Below, piece after piece: positions 10,649-18,591 of a stretch of 32,000 bases of DNA. The translations under genes were made by a program, and so were the position numbers. The number at the start of each line of letters is the position of its first letter. The first letter of the stretch is position 1. The notes under the pieces are model-generated. The model was not told the DNA's origin, ran no database searches, and saw only the letters and a list, made by a program, of their open reading frames with translations. This DNA is from Phycisphaera mikurensis NBRC 102666 (lineage in GTDB: Bacteria > Planctomycetota > Phycisphaerae > Phycisphaerales > Phycisphaeraceae): NCBI RefSeq assembly GCF_000284115.1, contig NC_017080.1:3150001-3182000 (forward strand), in the 5' to 3' direction.

Positions 10649-11620
10649 CTACTCCGCCGAGGCGTCGGCGACGAGGCGGAGCGGGATGGAGCGTTCGTCG
10701 ACGGATCCGGAGACCCGGTCGGTGAGGCGGACCTTCAGGCGGTAGCGGCCGACGCCCAGGTTCGCCGGCAGCTCCAGCAGCTGGACCGACCAGAAGTCGC
10801 GGCGGCGGCGGCGGGAGGCGTCCTCGATGGCCTCGGCCGGGCGGCTCCAAACGACCAGGCCGTCGGCGTCGCGGAAGAGCAGCACCTCCTGTTCCAGGCG
10901 GACGCGGTGGAGCACGGCGTCCGCGTCGGCGGCCGCGCCCGGCACCGCGGCCGTCTCGGTGCCGAAGCCCTCGATCTCGGCGTAGAGCACCATCTGCACC
11001 GGCCGGCCGGCGGTGAAGGTGTTGCTGGCGAAGGGTTCGTAGACGCCGAAGCCGCCGACGCTGCGGCACAGCTGGACGTCGGCGATCGTCACCAGGTCGG
11101 GTGCGTCGGTGCCGGGTCCGGGCTCGGGCTCGGGCTCGGACTCGGCTTCGGCTTCGGCTTCGGATTCGGCTTCAAAGTCGACGGTTGGAGGCGGCGGAGC
11201 CGCGCCGGCGGGGGCGGCTCCGGCCGCCGCGTCGCCGCCGGGCGCGGCCTCCGACCCGGCGGGCGCGTCGGCGCTTGCCTCCTCGGCACTCACCGGAGCC
11301 GCGGGCGGCGTGTCGCCGGGGCCGCCGGGATCCAGCCACGACACCCGCTCGATCGCCGAGGGCGGCCGCGCGGTGGCGCCGGCACCGGCCGGCAGGTCGC
11401 CGCGCCGCGGCTCGACCAAGCCGGCCTCGCGGTACGCGGCGACGGCGGCGTCGATCTCCTGCCGCTCGGCCGGGGAGAGCCCGCCGCTGGGGCCCGGATC
11501 CGCCGCGGGCGGCGCCCCCGGCAGGGGGCGCGGGTCGGTCGAAGCGGCCGGCGCGGAGACGCACCCCGAGAGCGCCGCGAGCGCACAGGCGATCGCGGCG
11601 GCGGCCCGGCGAGCGCCCAT
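10649..11620 (-). CDS. Putative lipoprotein with acidic EAESEPEP low-complexity linker
   Basis: MGARRAAAAIACALAALSGCVS lipobox; ATG overlaps the holA stop (ATGA); the longer 687-aa ORF is a read-through upstream extension. Confidence 0.75.
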   Translation of the reverse strand: MGARRAAAAIACALAALSGCVSAPAASTDPRPLPGAPPAADPGPSGGLSPAERQEIDAAVAAYREAGLVEPRRGDLPAGAGATARPPSAIERVSWLDPGGPGDTPPAAPVSAEEASADAPAGSEAAPGGDAAAGAAPAGAAPPPPTVDFEAESEAEAEAESEPEPEPGPGTDAPDLVTIADVQLCRSVGGFGVYEPFASNTFTAGRPVQMVLYAEIEGFGTETAAVPGAAADADAVLHRVRLEQEVLLFRDADGLVVWSRPAEAIEDASRRRRRDFWSVQLLELPANLGVGRYRLKVRLTDRVSGSVDERSIPLRLVADASAE

Positions 11621-12633
11621 CAAGCCGCCACCCCGACGCAGAACGCCTCGAGCAGCCGCCGAGGGTTGCCCAGCCCCCGCTTCGCCCGCCCGTCGACGCG
11701 GAGGGCGTCGGCGAACAGGCCGCGGGCCCGCTCCGGGCTGAGCCCGGCCGAAGCCCGGCCGAAGGCCGACGCCGCCGGGCCCCAGAGCTTCAGGGCTCTG
11801 CCGATCTCGCCGGCCCCCGCGCCCGCCGCCTTCATCTCCTCGGCCTGCGCGAGCTTCCGGCATAGGTCGGCCGCGGCCCACATCACCAGCACCTCGGGCT
11901 GTTTCGACCGATCGATCAGGTCCCGGATCGTCGTCAGGAGCGCCTCGGGCTTCCCGCGGCCGAGGCCCATGAGCAGCTCGTTCTGGATCACCCAAGCCTT
12001 CTCCTCGCTCGTCGCCTCGGTGTGGTCCCTCACCCGCTGCTCGGAGATCTCCGGCGTGCCGCCGCCGGGCGTGGCCGCCATCGCGGCGAGCTTCCCGAGC
12101 GCAGCGTCGAGCGCGAGCAGGTCCGAGCCGGTGCGGGCGACGAGGAGCTTCGCCGCTTGCGGGGGCAGCTTCGCGTCGTGCTTGTCCCGGGCCCGGGCCA
12201 CCGCCCACCGCTGGGCGTCCTGCCCCCGCAGCGGCTCGCACTTGACCACCTGCCCGACCTTCTTGATAGCCTTGTCGAGGTTGCCCGGCCGCCAGGCGTC
12301 GGCTTCGAGCAGCAGCGTCGCGTGGTCCACCGGGGCCTCGGCGTACCGCTCCATCGCGGCCCGGTGGGCCTGCACGAAGACCTCGGCGGAGGTCACGCTG
12401 ACCAGCTTGTGGCCGCCCATGAGCGAGTAGCCGCGGAGGCCGTCGAGCACGTCGGCGAGCCCGGCCGTGCGGCCGTCGACCTCCGCCACGTCCACCTCCC
12501 CGTGGGCCGCCTCCAGGGCCGCGACCAGGCTCCGCCGGTGCTCCTGCCGCAAGCCCGCCTCCGGACCGTGCAGCACCGCGACGCGGGTGTCGGAAGCCCA
12601 GGAGACGGGAGCGGAGGAGGGAGCGCGGGCCAC
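11620..12633 (-). CDS. holA: DNA polymerase III delta subunit
   Basis: VLHGPEAGLRQEHRRSLVAAL..., SLMGGHKLVSVTSAE, LPPQAAKLLVARTGSDLLALDAALGKLA, LLTTIRDLIDRSKQPEVLVMWA: HolA layout. GTG start. Confidence 0.85.
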   Translation of the reverse strand: MARAPSSAPVSWASDTRVAVLHGPEAGLRQEHRRSLVAALEAAHGEVDVAEVDGRTAGLADVLDGLRGYSLMGGHKLVSVTSAEVFVQAHRAAMERYAEAPVDHATLLLEADAWRPGNLDKAIKKVGQVVKCEPLRGQDAQRWAVARARDKHDAKLPPQAAKLLVARTGSDLLALDAALGKLAAMAATPGGGTPEISEQRVRDHTEATSEEKAWVIQNELLMGLGRGKPEALLTTIRDLIDRSKQPEVLVMWAAADLCRKLAQAEEMKAAGAGAGEIGRALKLWGPAASAFGRASAGLSPERARGLFADALRVDGRAKRGLGNPRRLLEAFCVGVAA

Positions 12634-12683
12634 GCCGGGACTCTAAACGGCCCGCCGCTGCCGCCGCTGCCGCGGGCTCGCCT

Positions 12684-13610
12684 TCAGAAGGCTGCCCCGG
12701 GGCGGCGGCCACGCGCCGCGCTCTCGCTGGGGTCGCTGCGGTCGAGCTCGTCGAGCACGCGCGGCAGCGTCTCGCGCCAGCAAGGCTCCGGGCCCAGGAG
12801 CGCCTCGGCGGTGCTCACGTCGAGGACGGCGTAGCGGAGGCGGCGGGCCGGCCGGGGGAAGTGCTCGTGCCCGACGGCCGCGACGTCCCCGGCCCGCCCC
12901 GCGTGGGCCGCGATCGCGTGGGCGAGCTCGAAGCGGGTGGCCGTGCCGCCGCCGGCGGCATGGAAGGTGCCGGTGGCCTCCCGCTCCGCCAGCGACAGCA
13001 GCCGGCTGGCGAGGCTCGCGGCGGCGGTGGGCCGGCCGACGCGGTCAACGACGGCGTCCAGCCGCGGCCGCACACTGAGCAGCCGCCGGGCGCTCCGCAC
13101 ATAGTGGTCGCCCCAAGCCGCGTACACCCAGCTGGTGCGGACGCAGCAGAAGCGGGCGCCCGAGGCGGCCAGCGCGTCCTCGCCCGCCGCCTTGCTGCGG
13201 CCGAAGGCGCTCACCGGCTCGCGCTCCGCGTCGACGGCGTAGGGCGTGCTCGCCTCGCCCGAGAACACCTCCGGGCAGGAGAGGTGCACGAGCGGCACCC
13301 CCGCGTCGCGGCAGCGCATCGCGAGCCGGCTCACGGCGGTCGCGTTGACGGCGAAGGCCTCGCGGTCGTCCCGCTCCGCCTCGTCGATGCCGGTGAAGCC
13401 GGCGCAGTTGACGACCGCGAGCAGCCCCGCGGGCAGCGGCGGCCAGGTGGCCGGCGTCCGCAGGTCCAGGCGGCGTCGATCCCACTCGACGACCCGCCAG
13501 CCGCGCTGACGGGCCGCCGCCACCACCGCCCGGCCGATGAGCCCCCTGGGCCCCAGCACGAGCACCCGCGGCGCATGCGCCGCCCCGAAAGTTGTTCCCG
13601 GAAGATTCAC
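12684..13610 (-). CDS. RmlD-like (dTDP-4-dehydrorhamnose reductase family) SDR; catalytic Tyr position is Phe
   Basis: VLVLGPRGLIGRAVV, NCAGFTGIDEAERD, AFGRSKAAGED, VRTSWVYAAWGDHYV. GTG start preceded by GATAAT. Confidence 0.8.
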   Translation of the reverse strand: MNLPGTTFGAAHAPRVLVLGPRGLIGRAVVAAARQRGWRVVEWDRRRLDLRTPATWPPLPAGLLAVVNCAGFTGIDEAERDDREAFAVNATAVSRLAMRCRDAGVPLVHLSCPEVFSGEASTPYAVDAEREPVSAFGRSKAAGEDALAASGARFCCVRTSWVYAAWGDHYVRSARRLLSVRPRLDAVVDRVGRPTAAASLASRLLSLAEREATGTFHAAGGGTATRFELAHAIAAHAGRAGDVAAVGHEHFPRPARRLRYAVLDVSTAEALLGPEPCWRETLPRVLDELDRSDPSESAARGRRPGAAF

Positions 13611-13734
13611 CGCCGAAAATTATCGCCTGACCCGGCGGAAAGGAAGGGGCTGGAGGCCGCTTTTCTGCAAAAAAGTGCCGAGCCGCCCCGACCGCAACCC
13701 CCCCGGCCGCGGGGCTTTGCGATCGGCGACGAGC

Positions 13735-13780
13735 CCGCGGACCGCCGGCGCCAAACGCCCCGCACGCCCGCGGTCCGCGG
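13735..13780. repeat. 46-bp element, copy B
   Basis: Arms 13735-13744 and 13771-13780, spacer 26 nt; a further half-repeat tccgcgg follows at 13781. Confidence 0.95.
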
Positions 13781-13794
13781 TCCGCGGATTCTCT

Positions 13795-14775
13795 TCAGCT
13801 CACGACGTTGCGGGGCTCCCCGTCGAGGTACGCCTGGACGTTGCCCGCGACGAGCCCCACCAGCCGCGACCGGGCGGCGCCCGTCGCCCAGGCGATGTGG
13901 GGCGTGACGACGCAGCGCGGGCAGCCGATCAGCGGGTGATCCGCCGGCGGGGGCTCCTCGGTGAGCACGTCCAGCGCGGCCCCGCCGATCCCGCCGGCCC
14001 GCAGCGCCGCGGCCAAGTCCGTCTCGTCGACGAGCCCGCCGCGCCCGGTGTTGACCAGGAGCGCCCCGGGCTTCATCCGCCCGAGCTGCGCCGCGTCGAC
14101 CATGCCCGCCGTCTCGGGCGTCAGCGGGCAGTGCAGCGACACGACGTCGGCTCCGGCGAACAGCGCGTCCCGCCCGACCCAACGCACCGGGACCGCGGCG
14201 TCGCGGCGGGTGCGGCTGTGCACGAGCAGGTCCATCCCGAAGGCGTGGCCGATCTCCGCCACCCGCCGGCCGATGTCGCCGAAGCCGACGACGCCCAGGG
14301 TCCGCCCCGCGAGCTCGGTCAGCGGGGCGACGCTGAAGGTGAAGTCCGCTCCGCCCGACCACCGCCCCGCCTCGACCGCGTCCGCGTGCTCGCGGACCCG
14401 GTTGGCGAAGCCGAGCACCAGCGCGAAGACGTGCTGAGCGACCGAGTCGGTGGAGTAGGCCGGGGCGTTGCAGACGGTGATGCCGCGCCCGCGTGCCGCG
14501 TCGAGGTCGACGGCGTTGGTGCCGGTGGACAAGAGAGCGATCAGCCCACAGGCGTCGAAGGCCTCGCCGGCGAGCGCTCCCGCGTCGAGGAAGGTCTTGT
14601 TGAGGACGACGACCTCCGCGCCGCGGACCCGCGCCGGCACCGCGGCCGGCGGCGTGCGGTCGTGCACGGTCACCGGCCCGATCGCCTCCAGCGGCGCCCA
14701 GGTGGGCCCGCCGGCCTCCCCGGGCACGACGGTGGTGATCCCGTCGAGCACCACGATCCGCGGGCTCTGGCTCAT
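13795..14775 (-). CDS. D-isomer-specific 2-hydroxyacid dehydrogenase
   Basis: LLSTGTNAVDLDAARGRGITVCNAP, LAGRTLGVVGFGDIGRRVAEIGHAFGM, KPGALLVNTGRGGLVDETDLAAAL, LDVLTEEP, CVVTPHIAWAT. Confidence 0.95.
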   Translation of the reverse strand: MSQSPRIVVLDGITTVVPGEAGGPTWAPLEAIGPVTVHDRTPPAAVPARVRGAEVVVLNKTFLDAGALAGEAFDACGLIALLSTGTNAVDLDAARGRGITVCNAPAYSTDSVAQHVFALVLGFANRVREHADAVEAGRWSGGADFTFSVAPLTELAGRTLGVVGFGDIGRRVAEIGHAFGMDLLVHSRTRRDAAVPVRWVGRDALFAGADVVSLHCPLTPETAGMVDAAQLGRMKPGALLVNTGRGGLVDETDLAAALRAGGIGGAALDVLTEEPPPADHPLIGCPRCVVTPHIAWATGAARSRLVGLVAGNVQAYLDGEPRNVVS

Positions 14776-14818
14776 GCCCCCAACCTACCGGTGGGCCGCA
14801 CCCGGTAGCGTGCCTCCG

Positions 14819-15268
14819 ATGAAGGTTGCCGTCGCCGCGGATCATGGAGGCTTCTCCCACAAGCAGCGGGTCGTGGAGATCGTGCGCGCCGCCGGTCACG
14901 AAGCGGTCGACCTGGGCGCGCACGAACTCGACCCCGCCGACGATTACCCCGATTTCGCCGAACGCGTGGGCCGGGCGATCCAGCGGGGCGAGGCCGAGCG
15001 GGCGATCCTGCTGTGCGGCTCGGGCGTGGGCGCCTGCATCGCGGCCAACAAGCTCGACGGGGTCCGCGCGTCGGTCTGCCACGACGTCTACTCCGCCCAC
15101 CAGGGCGTGGAGCACGACGACATGAACGTGCTGTGCCTGGGCGCTCGGATCATCGGGCCGGCCCTCCTGGACGACCTCGTCGAGGCGTTCCTGAAGGCGG
15201 AGCTCGCCGCGGGCGAGCGCTTCCGACGCCGGCTGGACAAGGTGGCGGCGCTCGAAGCGGCACGATGA
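14819..15268 (+). CDS. rpiB: Ribose-5-phosphate isomerase B (RpiB/LacAB family)
   Basis: MKVAVAADHGGFSHKQRVV, DYPDFAERVGRAI, ILLCGSGVGACIAANKLDGVRASVCHDVYSA, HDDMNVLCLGARI. Confidence 0.95.
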   Translation: MKVAVAADHGGFSHKQRVVEIVRAAGHEAVDLGAHELDPADDYPDFAERVGRAIQRGEAERAILLCGSGVGACIAANKLDGVRASVCHDVYSAHQGVEHDDMNVLCLGARIIGPALLDDLVEAFLKAELAAGERFRRRLDKVAALEAAR

Positions 15269-15313
15269 CGCGCCCCGAGGAGGCCGCGCCCGGGCGCTAG
15301 CGCGGCCGCCGCG

Positions 15314-17428
15314 TCAACGGCCCAGCTCGGCGAGCGACGCCCGCAGGGCGTCGATGGCGAGCAGGCCCGAGGCGGTCGGCCCGATCGGCAGGCGGGCGTC
15401 ATGGAAGGCCAGCCGCAGCCCGCCGACGGCATTCCGCGGCGAGCGGGCGTAGTAGAGGGACGGCCCGTCCATCGCCAGCTGCGCGAGGAAGCCGGCGGCG
15501 GAGCCGGCGCTGATCAGCAGGCCCGAGCGTGCCGCGTCCGCGGGGGTCGCCTCGCCGGATCCGAAGCCCGTGAGCCCCAGGCTGAGGAACTGCAGCAGCG
15601 GCGCGGTCGTCCAGGTGGGATCGGCATGGCCACCCGGCGGCGGCGGCCGCAGCAGGAAGCCGCCGAGCACGTCGGCGGGCGCATCGACCGGACGCTGCAC
15701 CACCTGCCGCTCCTGCAGGACCGGCAGCACGGCCTCGAGGACGCCCCGCCGGCGAGCGGCTTCCCCGGCCGGGACCAGGCCGCGCTCGACGAGCGCCGGC
15801 GTCACCTCAGCGGCGGCCCGGGCGACCCAGGGCAGCGAGAAGCCGGCGCCCACGACGGCGCCGTCGCCCTCCGCCCAGACGGCGTCGAGCACCTCTGCGC
15901 CCGCCGCCACCTGCGCCTCGTCGGCCGCCGCGAGCCCGTGCAGACCCAGCGCGTACCCGGCCATCGCGCGGACCGTCAGCGACACCCCGGCCGTCGGGGT
16001 GCCGTCCGCGGCCGGCCTCCGGCTCACCGCGCCGCCGCCGCAGCGGGCCAGCAGCTCCGCGGCGAAGCGACGGCTGATCGGGTCCGCCTCGCCCCCTCGG
16101 GTCGCGAGGCGGGCGAGCGTCAGCAGCGCGGCGGGGGCGGGATCCAGCGCCACCTCCGGCGCGGGCCCAGCGGCGTCGTCGCCCACGCCCAGGGCGCGGC
16201 GGGCCTCCTCGGGCGGCATGTCCAGAGCGGCGGCGATCTCCTCGAGGTAGCCCGGCACGCGGCTGGAAACGCGGGCCGGCGGCGGGCGATCCTCCGCGGC
16301 GGCGAGCTCGGCGTTGAGCCGGTCGTGCTCGGCGAGGGCGAGGCAGCCCAGCGCCGCGTCCTGGAGGTCCGCCAGCGAGGGATCGAAGCGGCCGCGGGCG
16401 GGCAGCCAGGTGCCGCGGACCGGACCGGCGGGCGGGTAGTGCCGCTCCAGGTGCCCCGCGAGGCGGTCGGCGAGGTCCTCCACCGTCGCGGCGTCGAGCC
16501 TGTGGCGCGGCAGCGGCACGTTCCCGCGCTCCAGCACCGCCACGGCGGCGCCCCGCGCCGGCCGCACGGCGTGCACCACCCGGAACCGGAACAGCGGCGC
16601 CCCGCCCGGCCGCCCCGGGGTGTCCGCCTCCGCCAGCGGGAGGCCCAGCGCCAGGGCCACCCGGTTGAGCTGGAGGCGCGGCCGGAGGTTCTGCGCCAGC
16701 GTGGTCGCCGGCCACTCCGCCGCGGGCGCCTCCCGCGCGTCCCCGGACAGCGCCATGAGCCCGTGGTAGCCGGGCACGAAGCGGTCGACCGGCCCCGCCG
16801 CCGGATCGCCCGCCGCCGGAGCCACCACCGCCTCCGCGCCGAAGGCGACCTGCACGTCCGCCTGGATCCGGTCCGCCACCTCCGGGAGCCGCGGGACCGC
16901 GCCGACGCCTTCCAGCGTCGGCCGCCGGCCCTGCTCCCGCGCCCGGGCCGCGGCCTCGGTGAGCCAGCCGGCGGCCGCGCGGAAGGCCTCGACGCCCGCC
17001 TCCTGCGTCAGCGCGTACGTGTCCGCCGGCGCGTCGTCCGGCCGGCCGTCCCGCACGTCCGCGAGCCGCGGCCGGAGCACCTCCGGCCGCACCCAGGCCG
17101 TGCCCGTGCCCAGCAGCACGCCGTCGCTCCGCAGCGTCACCCGCACCCCGAGCACCCCCGCCGCCTCGAAGCCCCGCTCCCGCTGCGCGTCGATCGCCCC
17201 CTCGGCCAGCCAGCGCTCCACCCGCCGCTGCAGCTGCAGGCCCAGGGCCGCATCCGGTCGCGGCGGGGGGAGCGGCGCGGCGGCCGGCGGCGACGCCTCC
17301 GCCTCCGGGAGCGCCGGGCCACCCGCCTGCGCCCCCGCGAGCGGGGCGGGGGCCGCCAGCAGCAGGCAGAGCAGTCCGGTCGGGAGGATCGTGCGGGATC
17401 GGGGGAATCGGGGCATCGGGTGCATCAT
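15314..17428 (-). CDS. Large secreted hypothetical protein, all-alpha C-terminal half
   Basis: MMHPMPRFPRSRTILPTGLLCLLLAAPAPLAGA signal-peptide-like N-terminus; 704 aa. Start may be 17428, 17425 or 17416. Homology not recognised. Confidence 0.7.
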   Translation of the reverse strand: MMHPMPRFPRSRTILPTGLLCLLLAAPAPLAGAQAGGPALPEAEASPPAAAPLPPPRPDAALGLQLQRRVERWLAEGAIDAQRERGFEAAGVLGVRVTLRSDGVLLGTGTAWVRPEVLRPRLADVRDGRPDDAPADTYALTQEAGVEAFRAAAGWLTEAAARAREQGRRPTLEGVGAVPRLPEVADRIQADVQVAFGAEAVVAPAAGDPAAGPVDRFVPGYHGLMALSGDAREAPAAEWPATTLAQNLRPRLQLNRVALALGLPLAEADTPGRPGGAPLFRFRVVHAVRPARGAAVAVLERGNVPLPRHRLDAATVEDLADRLAGHLERHYPPAGPVRGTWLPARGRFDPSLADLQDAALGCLALAEHDRLNAELAAAEDRPPPARVSSRVPGYLEEIAAALDMPPEEARRALGVGDDAAGPAPEVALDPAPAALLTLARLATRGGEADPISRRFAAELLARCGGGAVSRRPAADGTPTAGVSLTVRAMAGYALGLHGLAAADEAQVAAGAEVLDAVWAEGDGAVVGAGFSLPWVARAAAEVTPALVERGLVPAGEAARRRGVLEAVLPVLQERQVVQRPVDAPADVLGGFLLRPPPPGGHADPTWTTAPLLQFLSLGLTGFGSGEATPADAARSGLLISAGSAAGFLAQLAMDGPSLYYARSPRNAVGGLRLAFHDARLPIGPTASGLLAIDALRASLAELGR

Positions 17429-17489
17429 CGGGTGGGGCGCCGCCGCGCGTCGGCCTTGCTCCCCGGCGGGCGGATCGGAGGCTGGTGGC

Positions 17490-17606
17490 ATGACCCTCCG
17501 CACGCTCTTCGCCCCCGCGGCTTGGGCCGCCCGCCACGCCGCCCGCCACCCGCGGCGGCTGAAGATCGTTCTGCTGGCGGTGGCGACGTACCTCGCGCTC
17601 TGCTGA
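17490..17606 (+). CDS. Possible small (38 aa) membrane protein
   Basis: MTLRTLFAPAAWAARHAARHPRRLKIVLLAVATYLALC; GGAGG 8 nt upstream of ATG; one basic stretch plus one TM helix. Confidence 0.4.
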   Translation: MTLRTLFAPAAWAARHAARHPRRLKIVLLAVATYLALC

Positions 17607-17635
17607 GGGCCGCGGGGCGTCCGTACGCTCGGCGG

Positions 17636-18397
17636 GTGCCTCCAGGTTCCCCCCCGCCAGCGCCGGCGTCGATGCTCCGGACCGAAGACCTCGGCGTCTG
17701 CCCCTACGAGGAGGCCCTGCGGATCCAGCGGGCCGCTCACGCCGAAGTCGCCGCCGGCGGCCCCGAGCGGCTGCTGCTCGTCGAGCACCCCGCCGTGATC
17801 ACCCTCAGCCGGCGCCGCGGCGTGCGCCGGAACCTGCTGGTCTCGGAGGACTGCCTCGCCACGCGCCGCATCGACCTGCAGGAGACCGACCGCGGCGGCG
17901 ACGTCACCGCGCACGGCCCCGGCCAGCAGGTCGTCTACCCGATCCTCCGGCTCGCGGACCACCGGCTGAACCTCTCCCGCTACATGCGGCTGCTCGAGGA
18001 GGCGGCCATCGCCACCGCCGCCGCCTTCGGCGTCGCCGCCCACCGCGAGGCCGGCGCCACCGGGGTGTGGGTCGCCCGCCCGGGGAGCCGCGGCGGCGAG
18101 GTGCAACCGACCGCGAAGCTCTGCGCCCTGGGCGTCCGGATCGCCAAGAACACCACCCTCCACGGCCTCGCCTTCAACGTCCGCACCGACCTGGGCATCT
18201 TCGCGTTGATCGACCCCTGCGGCCTCGGCGGGCGGCCGGTGACCTCCTTGCTCGACCTGCTCGGCGACGCCTGCCCGGGGATGGACGAGGTCCGCGAGGC
18301 GCTGGTCGGGGCCCTCGTGGACGCCCTCGCCGCCGCGGACCGCGGCGGATCCGGGCCGTTGCCGCCCGCGGTCCGCGGCGATAGGCTGCCCGCGTGA
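17636..18397 (+). CDS. lipB: Octanoyltransferase (lipoate-protein ligase B)
   Basis: LLLVEHPAVITLSRRRG, RGGDVTAHGPGQQVVYPIL, KLCALGVRI, TLHGLAFNVRTDLGIFALIDPCGL. GTG 6 nt after TACGCT; ATG at 17672 is the alternative. Confidence 0.93.
   Translation: MPPGSPPPAPASMLRTEDLGVCPYEEALRIQRAAHAEVAAGGPERLLLVEHPAVITLSRRRGVRRNLLVSEDCLATRRIDLQETDRGGDVTAHGPGQQVVYPILRLADHRLNLSRYMRLLEEAAIATAAAFGVAAHREAGATGVWVARPGSRGGEVQPTAKLCALGVRIAKNTTLHGLAFNVRTDLGIFALIDPCGLGGRPVTSLLDLLGDACPGMDEVREALVGALVDALAAADRGGSGPLPPAVRGDRLPA
18333..18378. repeat. 46-bp element, copy C, inside the lipB 3' end
   Basis: Arms 18333-18342 and 18369-18378, spacer 26 nt; codes AADRGGSGPLPPAVRGD. Confidence 0.95.
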
Positions 18398-18591
18398 TCG
18401 CCGCGCTGCTCCTCGCCCTACCGCCCGCCACGCCGGCCTGACCCCGAACGGGCCCGGCCGGCCGTGGCAAGCCGTCACGCCGGCCGGCCGCCGCGAACCC
18501 GCTCGCCCGCGAGCAACGTTGCCCCGCCGGTCCCGGCGGGGTGCTGTCGTTCACGCCCCGGCCGGGCCCGTCCCCAGAAGAAGAGCCTCCC

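Noticed and set aside
10649-12712. 687-aa minus ORF as one fusion protein
   Set aside because: Upstream two thirds is an off-frame read of holA; a lipoprotein start with ATGA coupling at 11620 explains the real gene.
16413-16422. Single CCGCGGACCG (also 28627-28636) and single CGGTCCGCGG (18863)
   Set aside because: No partner arm 26 nt away; treated as chance or half sites, not element copies.
15401-17635. Upstream ~745 codons of the 998-aa ORF containing lipB
   Set aside because: Only the segment from 17636 onward matches LipB; the rest is antisense to the secreted-protein gene.
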